Positions 60,526 through 64,000 of a DNA stretch of 64,000 nt are shown one piece after another; the first letter of the stretch is position 1, and the number at the start of each line of letters is the position of its first letter. The position numbers were made by a program, and so were the translations under genes. The notes beneath the pieces are model-generated. The model was not told the DNA's origin. It worked only from the letters and a program-made list of their open reading frames with translations, and searched no databases. This DNA comes from Paraspadella gotoi (taxonomy: Eukaryota; Animalia; Chaetognatha): the NCBI GenBank assembly GCA_051294375.1, contig CM119270.1, positions 13,740,036-13,804,035 on the forward strand. Direction: 5' to 3'.

Positions 60526-60557
<32 letters not shown>

Positions 60558-63500
60558 AGAAGAAAGAGAGAGAGAGGAGAGAGAGAGAAGAGAGAGATGG
60601 CGAGAGAGGAAAAGAGGGAAATTGTTTTAGCAGATCAAAGAGAAATATGTAGAAAGCATAAAAATTTGTGGGGTTGGAGAGAGACGAAAAAGGAGAATGA
60701 AAAGGCAGGAACGAGAAACGAAGAAAAAGAGATATAAGAGAGAGAGAGAAGAGAGAGAGGGAGAGAGAGAGAGAGCGAGGAGAGAAGATGAGAGAGAGAG
60801 AGAGAGAGAGAAGAGAGCAGCGATTTTTATTAAATTCTCTCAGTCTATCTCGAGTGAAGGGAAGTGGAAAAATAAATTCGCCGGTAAGGAAATAAAAGAG
60901 AGTCAGGAATTCATTGACCCTGGAGGTAAGTTCTTCTTTCCCTTCGTCCCGGAACGAAAAATGGTAGGTCAACACGGAACGAGGGAATTTTCCGTCCTCT
61001 CTCCTCTCTCTTCTCTCTCTCTCGTCACCGTCGTGTGCTCTTGTTCTTTCTCTTCTCTCTCTCAGCCTTGATATCTAGTATCTCTCTTTCTCTCTCTCTG
61101 TTTCCTCGTCTCTCTCCTCTGGGTTCATTCTTCTCGTACTGATCCGCTCTCTCTCTTTCTCTCTTCTTTCTCTTCTTCTCTCTCTCTCCTCTTCCTGTCT
61201 CTTCTCTCTCTACTCTTTCTTTTTTCTCCTCAAAAAAATCTCTCATCTTCTTCTTCTCTCTCAGTCAGTCGTCTCTCTATCGCTCCTTCTCTTCTCTCTC
61301 TCTCTCTCCTCTGTCCTCTCGTCTCGCTCGGTCCTCTCCCTCTCTCTCCGCGATCTCGCTCTTCCTCTCTCTCTGTCGCCTCACACTCACACTTTAATCC
61401 CACCTTTTCCCCGTCGGCGATTTTTTCGCCCAACGAGCGGAAGCGGCGGTCGAGTCAGGCGTCGTACTTTTTATGTCAGGCGCGATAGCAATCTCGATCG
61501 CCTGATCGTAGTCTCGGGGGGCGGAGGGGGGCTGAGGAATGGGTAAGAGGATTAATTCCAAAGATGTCATCGAAAGGAGCACGAGGAAGAAAAAAGAAAA
61601 AGTATAAGAGGAAAGCAATGGGCTCGAAAAAAAGGAGATGGAATCAGGAAAAGTTGCAATGCGGAATGGCAATAGTGATCAGGAAAGGCAAAAGATTTTT
61701 GCGATTAAAAATAGGGGGAAAAAGCGAAAGGAGAGCAAAAGGCGAAGCATAAAAAGCGAAGGAGGAGCAAGATGGAAGAAACTGAGAAAAGTGGAGACGA
61801 GACAGATAGCGTGAATTCTCGAGATGTGAGGAGAGAATCTGGGAGACGAAAAGGTTGAGATTTGTAGCGATGATGAAGACGAATTGAAAACAAGACTCAT
61901 CCGTCCAAGTGGCGAGGACGTCTTGATCGATTCAATGTATAAAAATGATTTCTCATTCAATGAATATGTTTTGTCTTTACTTGATTAATAGTTTTATTAT
62001 GGTAGATATTTATATTTCAAATCATTATCAAAACTATTTTTAAAATAAAAAAATATTATATGAAATTGGTATACCAATAACAAAATTATCCATTTTTTAT
62101 AAATCAGCTATCTTGGCCCTAACTTTGGACATATTTATAATATTGGGAAATTATATTTTTCTTAATTTTTTTTTTACTAAAAATACAATATAAAATTTGA
62201 AACAACAGCAAAAACTTTTCTAAATTCTTAATCATTTTTTTCATTTACAATGGTTTATAGTCTATTAAAATAATTAAAAAAAAAAGAGATATATTCTACT
62301 ATTCGCCTTGACTATAGTCAACGAACGGTAAAACTCCTTCATACGAAACCTGAGAGGAATTTTCGAGACGAATGGGTGAGTAAAAAGGAAGAAATGCTGC
62401 TGAGGAGGGGGAAGGTGAGGAGCGGTCGGAAACGGGCGGGGGGTAAAGGCCGCCGCGTGATTCCGTGAAGGACGGCGGACGCATACTTACCTCGGGGGAA
62501 CCTTACTTAGAAAATAGAGGAAAGAAGTGAGCCGAGTAATCTCTCTTTCCTTCACTCCTAGTTTTCTCAACTCGCTCCTCTCCTCCTCTCCTTTTAAACT
62601 TACCCAATTTTCTTCACTCGGGAGCTTTCCCCACGCATCCCAAGAAAGTTGGTGTGGTTCGGGAGAGAAAGGGTGAGTTGGATGAGGCGTGGTAGGGTTA
62701 GACATGGTAGGGTGAGGACTGTGGACAGAGGAGCGAGTGGCGACGAAGCAATAACAACAACGACGAAGACGTTGCGCAGCGGAGATCACCAGACGTCGCA
62801 TCTGCTTTTTGTTTTCGCAGATGACGAGTTGAAGACGAAGAAGACGCAATCGTCGTCGTCGTCGTCGTCGTCGTCCGATGCCATCGTCGTCTTTGTCTCT
62901 CACTTCGGCTCCGGACGAATCTTCTTTCTCACCCCAAGAAAACCGCAGATCGAAATCTTTTCGATGGCGAACGAGACTTTCTCGACGAAAGGAGACTTTT
63001 TTTTGTGGAGCGGAATTTATATTTGTTGGTTGAAAATGGAGAAGTCTTTTAATTAAATCTGGTAATTCTTATAAAGTTTGGAAAATTAGAAGATTCATCG
63101 TACAGTTTAGGCTTTCTCCATGAATCACCCTGTCGAATAAAAGAAAGAAATTCAAGTGAATCTTGCAAACGTAAATGTAACATCTTCAAAAATTCGCGGA
63201 GGCAGCGATTAACCGATTTAATTAATTTAATTAATTTAATTAACGTTTCGTTTCTCTTTAAAATTTGATCATTGGTCCATTCCTTGGTCAACCATCATAT
63301 TTTCTCCCTGTGGACAAACAACTCCGCCCGTTCGAAGCCAAGAGCAAAGTTCCCAACTCTAATCTCCATTCGATGTTTTCATCCTTATTTATCATCTTCT
63401 CTTTGTTTTCCTTCCATCGTTTGTTTCTCTCGTTTCGTTTTGTTTTCATCTTGTTTTGTACAATCGATCGAAATATCGCGATAAAAAAATATCGCGGGAA

Positions 63501-63612
63501 TTCTCGATCCGCGTTCGTCCGACATCTGCGAGAATCACGATAACAACGACAACAACGACAACAACAACAAGAAAAAACCGGAAACCCCCGCCAAAAATTA
63601 CAACAACAGTTG

Positions 63613-63649
<37 letters not shown>

Positions 63650-63968
63650 TAACGTATCGAGCTTTTATTAGGTTGACGATTCATTTGGTGAGTGAAGAAC
63701 CTTCATCGAGGTTCATCGATGCGGCTGCGACGACGACGACGACGACGATAGCACAGGCGCCGATGCATATGAATTTCAGGTCGGCATTCAACAGATGCAT
63801 TCTTTGTTATTGTCGCCGTGCACGACGACGACGACGACGACGATTACGACGACGAATGGACCCTTTGTTTCCTTTTTCGGGAGAAACCGGAAGCTTCGTC
63901 GGCAGATGGAACTAAATCAGCGACAATAAATGGAACCCGAGTTTCCCCAAAAAACAGTCTTCGTTTCT

Positions 63969-64000
<32 letters not shown>

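Larger units (their letters stand above)
50750..62620. repeat. Large inverted duplication: arm ~50750-56640 versus arm ~57530-62620
   Basis: For example 50755-51815 is reverse-complemented at ~61515-62615, 53760-55020 at ~58700-59990, and 56030-56640 at ~57530-58010; both arms are indel-noisy and the centre contains N gaps. Confidence 0.85.

Overview
Animal (probably invertebrate) genomic scaffold, rich in (CT)n, (AAAG)n and (TCG)n microsatellites. Bases ~3.4-22.7 kb hold one complete, intron-rich eIF4G gene on the + strand. I traced 33 coding exons by hand (GT-AG, consistent phases, ~2237 aa), including the PABP-binding motif, the eIF4E-binding motif YDREFLL, and MIF4G, MA3 and W2 domains. 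Two indel-riddled copies of the gene's 3' end plus downstream DNA follow at 27156-36020 and 36347-45211. They look identical to each other at an offset of 9191 and are most likely one raw long read inserted twice. The last ~14 kb is gappy and contains a ~5-6 kb inverted duplication. The most interesting element is a 620-bp non-autonomous LTR retrotransposon (TRIM) at 33410-34029 and 42601-43220. It has a 4-bp TSD, a tRNA-Trp-like PBS, a PPT, non-canonical TA...CA ends, and a 72-nt tRNA-like cloverleaf with Pol III-like boxes inside each LTR (Helenus/TRIMp3-like). Its empty site is visible at 25303-25306, and a solo LTR of the same family sits in an eIF4G intron (5255-5488). All comparisons were made by eye; no searches were run.
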